DNA of 64,000 bases from an uncultured Actinomycetes bacterium (GTDB lineage: Bacteria; Actinomycetota; Thermoleophilia; UBA2241). The position numbers were made by a program, and so were the translations under genes. Positions 52,208 through 62,058 of the stretch are shown here, one piece after another (the stretch's first letter is position 1; each line of letters begins with the position of its first letter). A model generated the notes under the pieces. That model did not search any database. It was not told the origin of the DNA and saw only the letters and a list, made by a program, of their open reading frames with translations. Location: assembly GCA_963709345.1 (NCBI GenBank), contig CAVPVX010000002.1, positions 372,978 to 436,977 on the forward strand. The letters are read 5' to 3'.

Positions 52208-53002
52208 ATGTCTGCCGAGGAAACGCCAGATTCCCGAGAGATGATCCCGGCCGAGCGGCGCACGCGCATCGTCGAACTGCTCGAGGAACGGCGCGCAGTG
52301 CGCGTCTCCCTGCTCAGCGAAGCGCTCGGCGTCTCCGAGATGACGATCCGGCGCGACCTGGAACAACTCGAGCGTGCCGGCCTCCTCTCGCGCATGCACG
52401 GCGGCGCGATCCTCAAGCGGCGGATCCTCGAGGAACCCCGTTACCTGAACAACGTGCGCGCGCACTCCGAGGAGAAGCACCGCATCGCCAAGGCGGCCGC
52501 GGCGACGATCGCTGCCGGGGAGACCGTCTTCCTCAGCTCGGGGACCACGGCCGCCATGGTGCTGAACCACGCGGACCCGCAGATCCACGCGCGCATCGTG
52601 ACCCACAACGTCGGCGCCATCTCGACCGCGCAGCAGTCGTCGCTGGACATCGTCCTTCTCGGCGGGTCTTACCGGTCGCGCTCCAACGCGCTCGAGGGAG
52701 CTCTCGCGATCGAGGCCGTGACCATGTTCCACGCCTCACGGTTCATCCTCGGGGCCGACGGGGTCACGCTCGAAGAGGGCGTGACGACGCCGAGCATCGG
52801 CCTCGCCGGCATCGAACGCGCCATGATCCGCCAGACCCGCGGCGAGGTCGTCGTACTCGCCGACAGCAGCAAGTTCGGCGTCGTCGGTGACGTCGCCATC
52901 TGCACCCTCGACAAGGTCGACGCCATCATCGTCGACAACGCTGTGGGTGAGGACGTCAGAGCGGAGATCGAGCGTCTCGGGCTGCGCCAGGTCGTGGTCT
53001 GA
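52208..53002 (+). CDS. DeoR/GlpR-family transcriptional regulator (copy 2, 264 aa)
   Basis: VSEMTIRRDL, HGGAILKRR, VFLSSGTTAA and LADSSKFG; GGAGG RBS; collinear with 23898..24692. Confidence 0.93.
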   Translation: MSAEETPDSREMIPAERRTRIVELLEERRAVRVSLLSEALGVSEMTIRRDLEQLERAGLLSRMHGGAILKRRILEEPRYLNNVRAHSEEKHRIAKAAAATIAAGETVFLSSGTTAAMVLNHADPQIHARIVTHNVGAISTAQQSSLDIVLLGGSYRSRSNALEGALAIEAVTMFHASRFILGADGVTLEEGVTTPSIGLAGIERAMIRQTRGEVVVLADSSKFGVVGDVAICTLDKVDAIIVDNAVGEDVRAEIERLGLRQVVV

Positions 53003-53068
53003 GCGCCCCGGCGGCGCTCCGCGCAGCCGCCGCGCAGGCCCCCGGGAGCCGGCGCGACCACGAGCCAC

Positions 53069-54085
53069 TCACAGATACCAGAACGCCGCCTGTGTCTCCC
53101 TCGCGCGCGCCACGGCCGCGACGGCGCGCTTGCTCTTCCCTCCCGGCTCGGGGGCCCGCTCCTCGGTGACGGCGCGCAGCACCGCCTCCACCGCGCGCCC
53201 GGAGGCTCCGCGATCGTAGCCGCCCTCGAGCACGAACGCGAGCTTCCCCGCGCACAGTTCCCGCGCCAGCACGGCGCAGCGCAACGCCATGTGGGCGAAC
53301 CCCGCTTCGGTGACGAGCATGCCGCCCAAGGGGTCCTCAGCGTGGATGTCCTGCCCGGCGGAGACGAGGATCGCCTGCGGCGCGTACTGCCGGACGATGG
53401 GCTCGAAGACGTCCGAGAAGACGGCGGCGTAGTCACCGTCGCCCGATCCGGCAGGCAAGGGTACGTTGACGGTGAAGCCCTCGCCGACTCCCTCGCCGCA
53501 CTCGTTGAAGAACCCGCTGCCGGGGTAGTGCGGCCACTGATGCGCCGAGGCGAACAGGACGCGGGGCTCGGCGTAGAAGGCGGCCTGCGTGCCGTTACCG
53601 TGATGCACGTCCCAGTCCAGGATCGCCACGCGCTCGTAGTCCCGCGTGAGCAGCCGTGCGGCTGTGATCGCGATGTTGTTGAAGAGACAGAAGCCCATCG
53701 CGCGGTCGGGTGTCGCGTGGTGGCCGGGCGGGCGGATGAGCGCGAACGGCACCAGACCGTCCTGCCACGACTCGGTGGCTCGCAGCGCGCCGCCCGCAGA
53801 GAGAAGCGCCGCGTCGTAACTGCGCGGCGACACGTGCGTGTCCGCGTCGAGCCAGGCGCCTTTGCCCTGCGCCGCCCGCTTGATCATCGCCAGATGAGCG
53901 CTCGTGTGGACGAGCAGGATGTCGTCCTCGGTCGCCGCCGCGGGACCCTCGACCACCGTCAGCCGCGGCCACAGATCGGTCGCCCGCAGATGCTCGACGA
54001 GCGCAGTGACGCGGTCCGCGCCCTCGGGGTGCTCCCCGGTGTCGTGCTCGGCGTACGCCTTGTCCCAGATGATGGCCGCATCCAC
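53069..54085 (-). CDS. Histone deacetylase-family amidohydrolase
   Basis: HPE, RPPGHHA, MGFCLFNN, DWDVHHGNGTQ, SAGQDIH..DPLG and LEGGY. Confidence 0.95.
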   Translation of the reverse strand: MDAAIIWDKAYAEHDTGEHPEGADRVTALVEHLRATDLWPRLTVVEGPAAATEDDILLVHTSAHLAMIKRAAQGKGAWLDADTHVSPRSYDAALLSAGGALRATESWQDGLVPFALIRPPGHHATPDRAMGFCLFNNIAITAARLLTRDYERVAILDWDVHHGNGTQAAFYAEPRVLFASAHQWPHYPGSGFFNECGEGVGEGFTVNVPLPAGSGDGDYAAVFSDVFEPIVRQYAPQAILVSAGQDIHAEDPLGGMLVTEAGFAHMALRCAVLARELCAGKLAFVLEGGYDRGASGRAVEAVLRAVTEERAPEPGGKSKRAVAAVARARETQAAFWYL

Positions 54086-54157
54086 GGCGCCTAGGATATC
54101 CGCACCGGAGCCAGACGGCCAGAGAGCCGCTCGGGAACGGCAGGAGAGCGGCGGCGG

Positions 54158-54500
54158 TCAGACCTCGCAAGACTCGCGCAGTTCGGCCAGGTACGGCTGC
54201 GCCAGCATCTCCCGGAGATCCGTCGCCGCACGCACGTCCGCGCCTTCGGGGTCGAGCCCGCGCTGGGGCGAGCCCATTGACGATCGCGATCATCGGCATG
54301 GCGAACGGGCGCAGTTCCGCCCGTTCGGCTAGGTCGTCCGCGTCGAGGCACCCCAGCACCGTCTCAAGGTAGCCGTCGTGCAACGCCGCCACGCGGCCGC
54401 GGAGGTCGGCGTCGCGCAGCGCGTGCGGCAGCGTGTCGAAGAACGACTGCAAGACGGCGGCGTCGGCGGTGATGCGGGTCTCGCCGGCGAGGAGGGCACG
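54158..54500 (-). pseudogene. Probable TetR C-terminal domain remnant (no HTH, frameshifted)
   Basis: FFDTLPHALRDADLRGRVAALHDGYLE..MIAIVNGLA, then a frame change to QRGLDPEGAD..; no start codon or HTH found. Confidence 0.4.
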
Positions 54501-54511
54501 CGCGCGCCGCG

Positions 54512-55282
54512 TCAGCGCACGAAGTAGACCGCGGCGACGACCAGCCCCACGGCGACGACGACCCCGCGGAGAACGTCGGCGCGGACGCGCCCCGCGAACC
54601 GGCCGCCCAGCCAGCCGCCGGCGAGCGCGCCGGCTGCCATGACCGCAGCAGCCGCCCAGACCACGTCGCCGGTGGCCACGAACAGCACCGCGGCGGCGCC
54701 GTTGGCGAGCAGCGACACCACCTGCTTGAGCGCGTTGACGCGCTTGAGCACGTCCGCCAGCACCAGCGAGAGCAGCGCCAACATGATGATCCCGAGCCCG
54801 GCGCCGAAGTAGCCGCCGTAGACGGCGCCGGCGAAGGCGGCCACGGCCACGCCGGCGACGTGGCGGCGCCCGCCGACGCCCGGTTCTTCGAGACGCCGCA
54901 CCGCGGCCCGGCGCAGCCACGGCTCCGCTGCCAAGAGCGCCGTGGCCGCGAGGATCAGCCACGGGACGATGGCCTCGAACAGGGCCGGGCCCGTAGCGAG
55001 CAGCAGCAGGCCGCCGCAGAGACCCCCGGCGGCGGCCGGCAGGACCGCCGCCGCGACGCGGCGCCCCTGGCCGTCGAGGTCGCGCCGTTGCGCGACGGTG
55101 CCGCCGAGGTAACCGGGGAACAGGGCGACCGTGTTGGTCACGTTGGCAGCGAGCGGGGACACCCCGACGGCCGTGAGCGCAGGGAAGGTGATGAGCGTGC
55201 CGCCTCCGGCGAGCGCGTTGACGGCGCCGCCCGCCACAGCGGCCAGGGACAGGAGCGCGAGCTCCGGCGCCGAGGGAATCAC
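54512..55282 (-). CDS. TSUP (TauE/SafE) family membrane transporter
   Basis: AGGAVNALAGGGTLITFPAL, ANVTN, YGGYFGAGLGI and NALKQ. Confidence 0.9.
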   Translation of the reverse strand: MIPSAPELALLSLAAVAGGAVNALAGGGTLITFPALTAVGVSPLAANVTNTVALFPGYLGGTVAQRRDLDGQGRRVAAAVLPAAAGGLCGGLLLLATGPALFEAIVPWLILAATALLAAEPWLRRAAVRRLEEPGVGGRRHVAGVAVAAFAGAVYGGYFGAGLGIIMLALLSLVLADVLKRVNALKQVVSLLANGAAAVLFVATGDVVWAAAAVMAAGALAGGWLGGRFAGRVRADVLRGVVVAVGLVVAAVYFVR

Positions 55283-55313
55283 CGCGCGCCCCGCACGGGG
55301 GCGCAGCAGGTCA

Positions 55314-55775
55314 TCACCGGCAAGGCGGCGCCCCGCCCTCGACGAGTTCCTTGCCCCACGGCTCGCAGTCGATCTCGACGAGGTATCCGCGGCGGCGGAA
55401 GAACCCGCGCGAGACCTCGTTGCCGGCGAGGATCTGCAGCTTGGCCTTGACGGCGCCCTTCGCGCGGAGGCGCGCCTCCAGTTCGTCCATGAGCCGGCAC
55501 GCAATGCCCCGGCGCCGGCGCTCGGGCGCCACCACGAGATGGTAGATGTAGGCGCGACGCCCGTCCCAGCCTCCCATGACGGTGCCGACGATGCGTCCTC
55601 CGGCGTCGCGGGCAACGAGGAAGAGGTCGGGGTCGCGCGAGAGCTTGAGCAGCGTGGCCCCCGGGCCGTCAGACGGCCTGATCCAGAGGTCGCCGCGCTG
55701 CCACAGCACGTGGACGACCGGGTAGTCGTCCATGGTGAACTCGCCGATGGTGACGCCGTGGTCCGCAGACTCCAT
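55314..55775 (-). CDS. GNAT N-acetyltransferase (YpeA-like)
   Basis: IVGTVMGGWDGRRAYIYHLVVAPERRRRGIA, GN..FFRRRGY; GAGGAGG RBS. Confidence 0.9.
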   Translation of the reverse strand: MESADHGVTIGEFTMDDYPVVHVLWQRGDLWIRPSDGPGATLLKLSRDPDLFLVARDAGGRIVGTVMGGWDGRRAYIYHLVVAPERRRRGIACRLMDELEARLRAKGAVKAKLQILAGNEVSRGFFRRRGYLVEIDCEPWGKELVEGGAPPCR

Positions 55776-55893
55776 GTGCCTCCTCGTCCGCCGGCGATTC
55801 TAGCGCGGCGACCGCCGCCTCGCTTGCCGACGGTCGTCGCGGACCCCGCGGCGGCAGAGTCGAGCAGACCGGCTGGCGGACTCGAGGAGGCAC

Positions 55894-56409
55894 ATGGACC
55901 CGAAGACCCCGGGCCGTTCCGCAACCAGCCGTACGCCGACTTCTCGCGAAGCGAGGAGCGCGCCGCCCACGACGCGGCGCTGGCGGAAGTGCGCGGCCGC
56001 ATCGGTGGGCGGGACATCGAGACGGCGAGACCGCTCGCCTCGGCCTTCCACTACCAGGGCCAGAAGCGCTCGGCCGCCTCCGGTGATAGTGATCAAGGCG
56101 GCCGACCTTGACGAGGCGCTGGCCATCGCCAACGGCGTCCGGTGCGGCCCGACCGGCGGTCTGATCAGCCGCAGCCCGGAGGCCATCGCGCGTGTGCGGC
56201 GCGAGTTCCGCCGCGGCGACTTCCACATCAAACTGGGCATCACCGGCGCCCTGGTCGAGCAGTAGGCCTTCGGCCGCTTCAAGATGAGCGGCGTCGGGTC
56301 CAATGCCGGCGGGCCCGACTACCTGCTGCAGTTCTTGGAACCACGCGTGGTCACCGAGAACACGATGCGAAACGGCTTCGCCCCCTCCGAGGAACTGCTC
56401 GAAGACTGA
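55894..56409 (+). pseudogene. Collapsed 1-pyrroline-5-carboxylate dehydrogenase (RocA/PutA-type) remnant
   Basis: Pieces in changing frames: PFRNQPYADFS..AALAEVR, SAFHYQGQKRSAAS (catalytic Cys replaced by Arg), VIKAADLDEALAIAN and ITGALVEQ*AFGRFKMSGVGSNAGGPDYLLQF. About 170 codons remain of a roughly 515-aa enzyme. Confidence 0.8.
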
Positions 56410-56498
56410 CGACCCACGAACCTCACGCCCGCCCCCGGCGTCTCACCGCGTGTGACGCACCGGCCGCGCCCGTCGCGGCCCAAGGAGGAGGGGACGCG

Positions 56499-57569
56499 AT
56501 GAAACGCAGGTTCAGGCTTTGGATGGTCATCCCGCCGGCCGTACTCGCGGTGGTGGCGCTGTTCGCGGTGGTCGGCTTGATGAGCCGAGGCGACGACGGG
56601 GGCACGAACGCGGCCACGAGCACCGCGGAACGCGCGCTCGACGCGCTCGGCTCCCTGGGCGGCGCCGCGGAGTCGGTGCAGGGCGAGGACGCCGGCACCG
56701 CCGGCAAGAGCATGTCGGGCGCCTCGGGCGGCGACCAGGGCATCGCCGCCGCCGTGCCGCCCGCCTCCTCGCCGTCCGCCCACCACCTGCTGCGCACCGG
56801 CGACCTCTCGTTGCTGGTCGGACGCGGCACGTTGCTCTCCACCGTCGACCGCATCAAGTCCATGACCGCGGCCATGAACGGCTACGTCGTGTCGAGCGCC
56901 GTGGGCAGCGACCAGGGCGGCGGGATCGGGCCGATCGAGCCGCAGCCGCTCGACGCCCCGGTGGACTCCGTCGCGTCCGCGGACTCGGGGGCGTCCGTGC
57001 CGGGCGCGGACCCGTATGCCGTCATCACCCTGCGCGTGCCGGAGCAGGCGTTCGACGCCGCGGTGAAGCGCTTCGCCAAGCTCGGCGACGTCCAGAGCGT
57101 CACCACCTCGAGCGAGGACGTGACGGCGCAGGTCGTGGACCTCAAGGCGCGCCTGCGGCACTTCCGCGCCGTCGAGCAGCGCCTCGTCGGCTTTCTCGGC
57201 GAGACCGCGAACGTGAACCAGATGCTCGCCGTCCAGGACCGCCTCGACGACGTGCAGCTCACGATCGAGCAGCTCAGCGCGCAGATCGCCTCGCTGCGCG
57301 AGACCACGACGTACGGCACCCTCTCGATCTTCCTGCGCGAGAAGGGCGTGCCGCAGGCCGGCGCCATCGACTCGTCCGACACCTTCGCCGGCGCGTTCTG
57401 GAACTCGGTGAAGCTGCTGGGCCACGGCGCCCGCGTCACCGGCCTCGTCCTGACGGCGTTGCTGCCGTTCATCCTCTTCTTCGGCGGCATCGGCCTCGTC
57501 GTCTGGTACACCACGCGCAGGGTGCGGCGCGGCCGGCGGCGGACGGCGCCGCCGTCTCTGCCGGCCTGA
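56499..57569 (+). CDS. DUF4349-like membrane-anchored protein
   Basis: N-terminal TM, TLRVP..FD, SEDVTAQVVDLKARL, coiled coil and C-terminal TM; AGGAGG RBS. Confidence 0.85.
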   Translation: MKRRFRLWMVIPPAVLAVVALFAVVGLMSRGDDGGTNAATSTAERALDALGSLGGAAESVQGEDAGTAGKSMSGASGGDQGIAAAVPPASSPSAHHLLRTGDLSLLVGRGTLLSTVDRIKSMTAAMNGYVVSSAVGSDQGGGIGPIEPQPLDAPVDSVASADSGASVPGADPYAVITLRVPEQAFDAAVKRFAKLGDVQSVTTSSEDVTAQVVDLKARLRHFRAVEQRLVGFLGETANVNQMLAVQDRLDDVQLTIEQLSAQIASLRETTTYGTLSIFLREKGVPQAGAIDSSDTFAGAFWNSVKLLGHGARVTGLVLTALLPFILFFGGIGLVVWYTTRRVRRGRRRTAPPSLPA

Positions 57570-57762
57570 GCACCACGCGCCGCCGGCCGCGATGACGGCC
57601 GCCGCGGCGCTTCCCCCGCTGCGGCTCTCCCGCACCGGCAGGACCGCGGAGCCTCCGAGAGGCAGCCGGGGCTCGAGGACGACGACGTCTGTGAGCCCCG
57701 GCCGCCCTGAGGGTAGAGTCCCTCACACGACTCGACTTCTTCTCTCCCGTCAGGAGGCAACG

Positions 57763-58737
57763 GTGAAAGCGGTGCGCATCCACGAGTACGGCGGCCCCGA
57801 GGTTCTGGTCTACGAAGACGTCCCGACTCCCAAGCCGGGACCGTCCCAGATCCTGGTGAAGGTCGCGGCCGCCACGGTCAACCCGATTGACGTGGCGGTA
57901 CGCGAGAACCGGTTCCCCACGCCCAAGGACCCGCCCAAGACGCTCGGGTCGGACGGCGCGGGGGTCGTGGAGAGCGTCGGCTCCGAGATCACGTCGGTAC
58001 GCCCCGGCGACCGCGTGTCGTTCAGCGGCCTCGGCATAGGCAGCGAGGGCAGCTACGCCGAGTACGCCCTCATCGCGGAGACGCAGGTGGTGGCGATACC
58101 GGACGGCCTCTCGTTCGCCGACGCCGCCGCCCTCGGTATGGTCTTCCCCGCCGCCTACTACGGCCTCGTCACGCGCGGAGCCCTGAAGCAGGGTGAGACG
58201 GTGCTCGTGCAGGGCGCCTCCGGTGGCGTCGGCTCGGCGTCGGTGCAGCTGGCGAAGGCCCTCGGAGCCCGCGTCCTCGCCACCGCGAGCGGTCCGGGCG
58301 CAGCCGAGTTGGTCAAGGGCCTCGGCGCGGAGGCGGTCATCGACTTCAGGACCGAAGACGTCGCCGCCCGCGTGCTCGAGCTCACCGGCGACAGGGGCGT
58401 GGACCTGGTCCACGAGCTCGTGATCAGCGCCAACCTCGCGACCGACATCGAGCTGGTGGCAAAGGGCGGACGGATCGTAGGCACCGGGCAGGGGCCCGGA
58501 GCCGAAGCCGCCATTCCCATCGGCGCGGCGATCGGCAAAGACGTCTCGATACTGTTCATGAACCTGGGCAACGCCGGGCGCGCGGGCGTCGCTGCAATCG
58601 CCCGCGAGATCGCCGGCATGGCGGCCGCAGGTAAGGTCAAGCCGGTGATCGGAACGGAACTGCCGCTCGCGGCGGCGCGCCACGCGCACGAACTGCTCGA
58701 GGGCGACCACCTCGGCAAGATCGTGCTGACGCCGTGA
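57763..58737 (+). CDS. NADPH:quinone reductase (zeta-crystallin/MDR family)
   Basis: KAVRIHEYGGPEVL, VNPID, GSDGAGVV, GSYAEY, VQGASGGVG and GKIVL. Confidence 0.93.
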   Translation: MKAVRIHEYGGPEVLVYEDVPTPKPGPSQILVKVAAATVNPIDVAVRENRFPTPKDPPKTLGSDGAGVVESVGSEITSVRPGDRVSFSGLGIGSEGSYAEYALIAETQVVAIPDGLSFADAAALGMVFPAAYYGLVTRGALKQGETVLVQGASGGVGSASVQLAKALGARVLATASGPGAAELVKGLGAEAVIDFRTEDVAARVLELTGDRGVDLVHELVISANLATDIELVAKGGRIVGTGQGPGAEAAIPIGAAIGKDVSILFMNLGNAGRAGVAAIAREIAGMAAAGKVKPVIGTELPLAAARHAHELLEGDHLGKIVLTP

Positions 58738-58738
58738 G

Positions 58739-59368
58739 CTAGTAGCCCTTACCGTTACCGCGGATGGCCTCTTCGCGCTCCTTGCGCAACTCGAGCCGCG
58801 GCAACAGCGTGCCGATCACGGTCAGGAGCGTCTCGAGTCGCTGTTCCTCGCTGAGCGACTCGAGCAGCTCCTGCTTGAGCGGTGCACCGAAATCGACGGC
58901 GGCCGCCACCCGGAAGGAGAGCGGCCCCTCGACGGCCCTCTCGTTCGGCTTCTCGACCTCCATGAGGACCAGCATGCGGCGATACACCTCGAGCAGCGCC
59001 GACCTGGTCTCCTCAGTCGCGTCCGACTCCGCGTCGTCGAAGTAGTCGACGAGGCCACTCAGGTACTCCTCCGTGGGATCATCGGGCTCGCGCAGTTCGA
59101 GCAGCCGGAAGCGGCGGACGCCCTCGACGATCACGTTCATGCGCCCGTCGTCGAGCGACTCGACCACTTCGACCACCCGCGCCGAACAGCCGCACTCGCG
59201 CACACCGTCCTCTTCCGCGAGGATCACCCCGAACTCGCCCTCCTCGAGGCGCTCGCCGATGAGCTTCTTGTAGCGCTCCTCGAAGATGTGCAGCGGGATG
59301 ACCTCGCCGGGTACGAGCACGAGACTGAGTGGGAACAGACCCAGCAGTTCTTCGCTAGCGCCGTTCAT
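58739..59368 (-). CDS. Lon protease N-terminal substrate-binding domain protein
   Basis: LFPL..VLVPGEVIPLHIFEERYK, DDGRMNVIVEGVRRFR and KQELLE; ends in TAG. Confidence 0.9.
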   Translation of the reverse strand: MNGASEELLGLFPLSLVLVPGEVIPLHIFEERYKKLIGERLEEGEFGVILAEEDGVRECGCSARVVEVVESLDDGRMNVIVEGVRRFRLLELREPDDPTEEYLSGLVDYFDDAESDATEETRSALLEVYRRMLVLMEVEKPNERAVEGPLSFRVAAAVDFGAPLKQELLESLSEEQRLETLLTVIGTLLPRLELRKEREEAIRGNGKGY

Positions 59369-59457
59369 GCCGCTTCGTCACCTCTGTTCGCGTGTGCGCC
59401 TGCCGAACGCTTGCCGTGGCGCCTCCTCCCGGTCGGGAGTCTACCCCATCGCCGCCG

Positions 59458-60138
59458 TCACGGGCCTCCGGGTCCCGGCCGCTGCGCGACGAACATCGCA
59501 TAGTCGTGCGCCCGTCCCTCGATGACGTCGGTCGCAGGCACGACATCGACGCGCGCGAACTCCCGGGCGAGCCGTTTCTCGAACTCGGGGTACCGCTCCG
59601 GCGACCAGAACACGGCCACCCCGCCGGGGCGCAGGGCCGCGGCGACCCGGGTGAGACCCTCGCTCGAGTACAGGCCGGCGTTCTCGTCGCGCACCAGCCA
59701 CTCGGGGCCATTGTCGGTGTCCAGAGCGACGACGTCCCAGCTCGACGGCGACTCCCTCAAGATGTCCGCCGCGTCCGCCGTGACCAGGCGCAGCCGGCCG
59801 GCGTGCTCCGCCTCGGCGGCGCGCCGCCCCGTCTCGCCGCCGTGTTCCCGGAACCAGCGGACGATGACCGGCTCCAGTTCGGCCACGGTCACCTCGGCGA
59901 CGCGCCGACAGTCAAGGACCTCGTCCAGCGCGTCGCCGATCCCCAGGCCGCCGATGAAGACCCGCAGCGCGTCGCCCCGGACCCGCGGCCACGCCGCCGA
60001 GACGAGCGCCCGGCTGCTGGCCGCGTTGGCGGCCGACACCAGGAAGACGCCGTTGGCGACGATCTCGAGCCCGGCGGGCCCGCGGCGCAGCACAAGCTCG
60101 CCGCTCACCCCCCGGGCGCGATCTAGCTCCGTGACCAC
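59458..60138 (-). CDS. Spermidine synthase-like SAM-binding protein
   Basis: GELVLRR, VFIGGLGIG, VAELEP, ALDTDNGPEWLV and LRPGGVAVFWS. Confidence 0.8.
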   Translation of the reverse strand: MVTELDRARGVSGELVLRRGPAGLEIVANGVFLVSAANAASSRALVSAAWPRVRGDALRVFIGGLGIGDALDEVLDCRRVAEVTVAELEPVIVRWFREHGGETGRRAAEAEHAGRLRLVTADAADILRESPSSWDVVALDTDNGPEWLVRDENAGLYSSEGLTRVAAALRPGGVAVFWSPERYPEFEKRLAREFARVDVVPATDVIEGRAHDYAMFVAQRPGPGGP

Positions 60139-60151
60139 GACCGGCAGGCGC

Positions 60152-61573
60152 TCAGCCTCGTGCCGCCAGGTAGTCGGCGATGAGGCGGCTCACGTGCCGG
60201 CTCACATCGTCGGGCAGCGGCGGCACGTCGTTCGCGGCGATCATCTCGTGGGCGCGGTCCCAGGCATCCTTGACGAGCGGCGTGCCGACGTACTGCTCAA
60301 AGGCGCCGCGGTGCCAGAGGTGCGGCTGCCAGAGTTCGCCGCCGCGGTACATCGTCCGCGTGCTCTTCCTGGCCAGGAAGTGACCGCCGATGCCGACGGC
60401 GACGATGTCGTCCACCAGCGCCTGCGCCTCGCTCACCGGGTCGTCGCGGAGGAACCGCTCGATGGCGTTCACCGTGTCGGCGTCGAGCACGGTCTTTGCG
60501 AGACTCGCTGTCTGCGCGCTGTCCAGGAGCCCGAAAGCGAGGATCACATCCGCACCGGCGAGTGCGCTGGCGAGACCTGTGAGCATGCCCTCCGCCCCGG
60601 CCTGCAGGTCGCACGCCTTGGCGTCACAGCTGACGGCGCTGCCCTGGACGCGCATGCCGTAGAAGTGGCTCATCTCGATGCACGCCATGTTGATGAGCCC
60701 GTCCTCGGGGGTCCCCGACAGGTACAGCCCGCTGCGCATCTCGGCCACGGCCGATCCGACCGCCGAGACCATTGGACAACCCGGCACCGCGAGCTGGAAG
60801 AGGACCACCGCGCTGAGGAGCTCGGCCATGTTGAGGATGCTGGTGCCGAGCACACTCATCGGGCCGGTGGTGCCCATCTGCGGCATCGGCAGCACGAAGA
60901 TGGGGCAGCCGGCCTTCGCCATCAGGATGTGCGCCTCGGTCATCTCGCCGTCGTGCTGCAGCGGCGCGATGGTGCAGTTCGTCGCCGACCAGATGGGACG
61001 CTCCTTGAGCGGCGCGCCGGCGATCGCCTCCAGCAGCTCGATCATCACCGGCGCCTGGTCAGGAGTGCGCACCTCGTCCTGCAGGTGCTTGCGCGAGTGC
61101 TCGAAGGAGATCCTCGCCATCTCCAGGTTGCCGGCGCGCGAGTCGACGTCGCCGGGCGTGATGGTCGCCCATTGGAAGTCGATCTCGGGCACGGCGTCGT
61201 ACAGGGTCATCATCTCGGCGAGGTCGGCCTCGGTGCCCTCGTGCCGCTCCCCGGTGAGGTCGTCGAGCATGTACGTCGCCGCACCGTCGCTCGTGTACAG
61301 GATGCCGTCGTCGCTCACGCGACAGTCGTAGGCAAGATCGCGCCCCGCGAGAAAGACGTCGCGCGGGAGCAGCTTGAGGCAGCGCTCAACGAGCTCCCAC
61401 GGCAGCTTCACCGTCAGTCTCGCCTCGTCGACGGTGGCGCCGGCCTCCCTCAACAGTCCGGTCAGGGTCGGTGTGTTGTAGGCGACGCCGACCTCTTGCA
61501 GCAGCCGCACCGTCTGTTCGTGCACGAACTGCTTGTCTGCGTCGCTCAGGTACTGTGTCCTCGGTCGCGCCAC
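60152..61573 (-). CDS. MttB-superfamily methyltransferase lacking pyrrolysine
   Basis: HEQTVRLLQEVG, IAPLQHD, GTTGPMSVLG, EMRSG, CDAKACDLQAGAE and VGIGGHFL; the Pyl-equivalent position is Ser. Confidence 0.92.
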   Translation of the reverse strand: MARPRTQYLSDADKQFVHEQTVRLLQEVGVAYNTPTLTGLLREAGATVDEARLTVKLPWELVERCLKLLPRDVFLAGRDLAYDCRVSDDGILYTSDGAATYMLDDLTGERHEGTEADLAEMMTLYDAVPEIDFQWATITPGDVDSRAGNLEMARISFEHSRKHLQDEVRTPDQAPVMIELLEAIAGAPLKERPIWSATNCTIAPLQHDGEMTEAHILMAKAGCPIFVLPMPQMGTTGPMSVLGTSILNMAELLSAVVLFQLAVPGCPMVSAVGSAVAEMRSGLYLSGTPEDGLINMACIEMSHFYGMRVQGSAVSCDAKACDLQAGAEGMLTGLASALAGADVILAFGLLDSAQTASLAKTVLDADTVNAIERFLRDDPVSEAQALVDDIVAVGIGGHFLARKSTRTMYRGGELWQPHLWHRGAFEQYVGTPLVKDAWDRAHEMIAANDVPPLPDDVSRHVSRLIADYLAARG

Positions 61574-61587
61574 GGGATCCTCCAGAG

Positions 61588-62058
61588 TCAGGCTCCACCT
61601 GTGGAGCCGGGATCGTCGATGGTCTTGGACAGCGCCTGTGGCGTACAGGTGCGCCCGTACTGCTCGCAGGAAGGACAGTCGCCCAGAAGGATCTCCGCCT
61701 CTCTGCCCGGCGGGACCGCGGCATAGCCCTGTGCTACGAAGAACGCCGCATTGCGCGCGGTCACCCACAGCCGCCGCTTGTCGCGCCGGCGGGCCTCTGC
61801 CTCGAGAGCGGCGTACAGCCGTGAAGCGACCCCGCGGCGGCGCCAGCCGTCGTCGACCGCCATCCAGTTCACCATATCCATCCCCTCGCGTTGCTCGAGG
61901 ACGATGGCGCCGATCAGCGCTTCCCCGTCAAAGGCGCCCCAGGCGACGAGGATGACCTCGGTATCTCGCTCCGACTCGTCGAGGCCGCAGCGCACGCCGA
62001 GTTCCCTCACGGCGGCCAGATCGTCGGTCTCGCGGATCATGACGTCCATGGGGCTCAC
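61588..62058 (-). CDS. GNAT N-acetyltransferase with C-terminal CxxC(x5)C
   Basis: MAVDDGWRRRGVASRL, FFVAQGY and DCPSCEQYGRTC. Confidence 0.85.
   Translation of the reverse strand: MSPMDVMIRETDDLAAVRELGVRCGLDESERDTEVILVAWGAFDGEALIGAIVLEQREGMDMVNWMAVDDGWRRRGVASRLYAALEAEARRRDKRRLWVTARNAAFFVAQGYAAVPPGREAEILLGDCPSCEQYGRTCTPQALSKTIDDPGSTGGA

Noticed and set aside
56263-56265. TAG in the P5C dehydrogenase remnant as pyrrolysine
   Set aside because: It aligns with the Gln of the QPFGG motif in a gene that has lost its catalytic Cys and most of its length.
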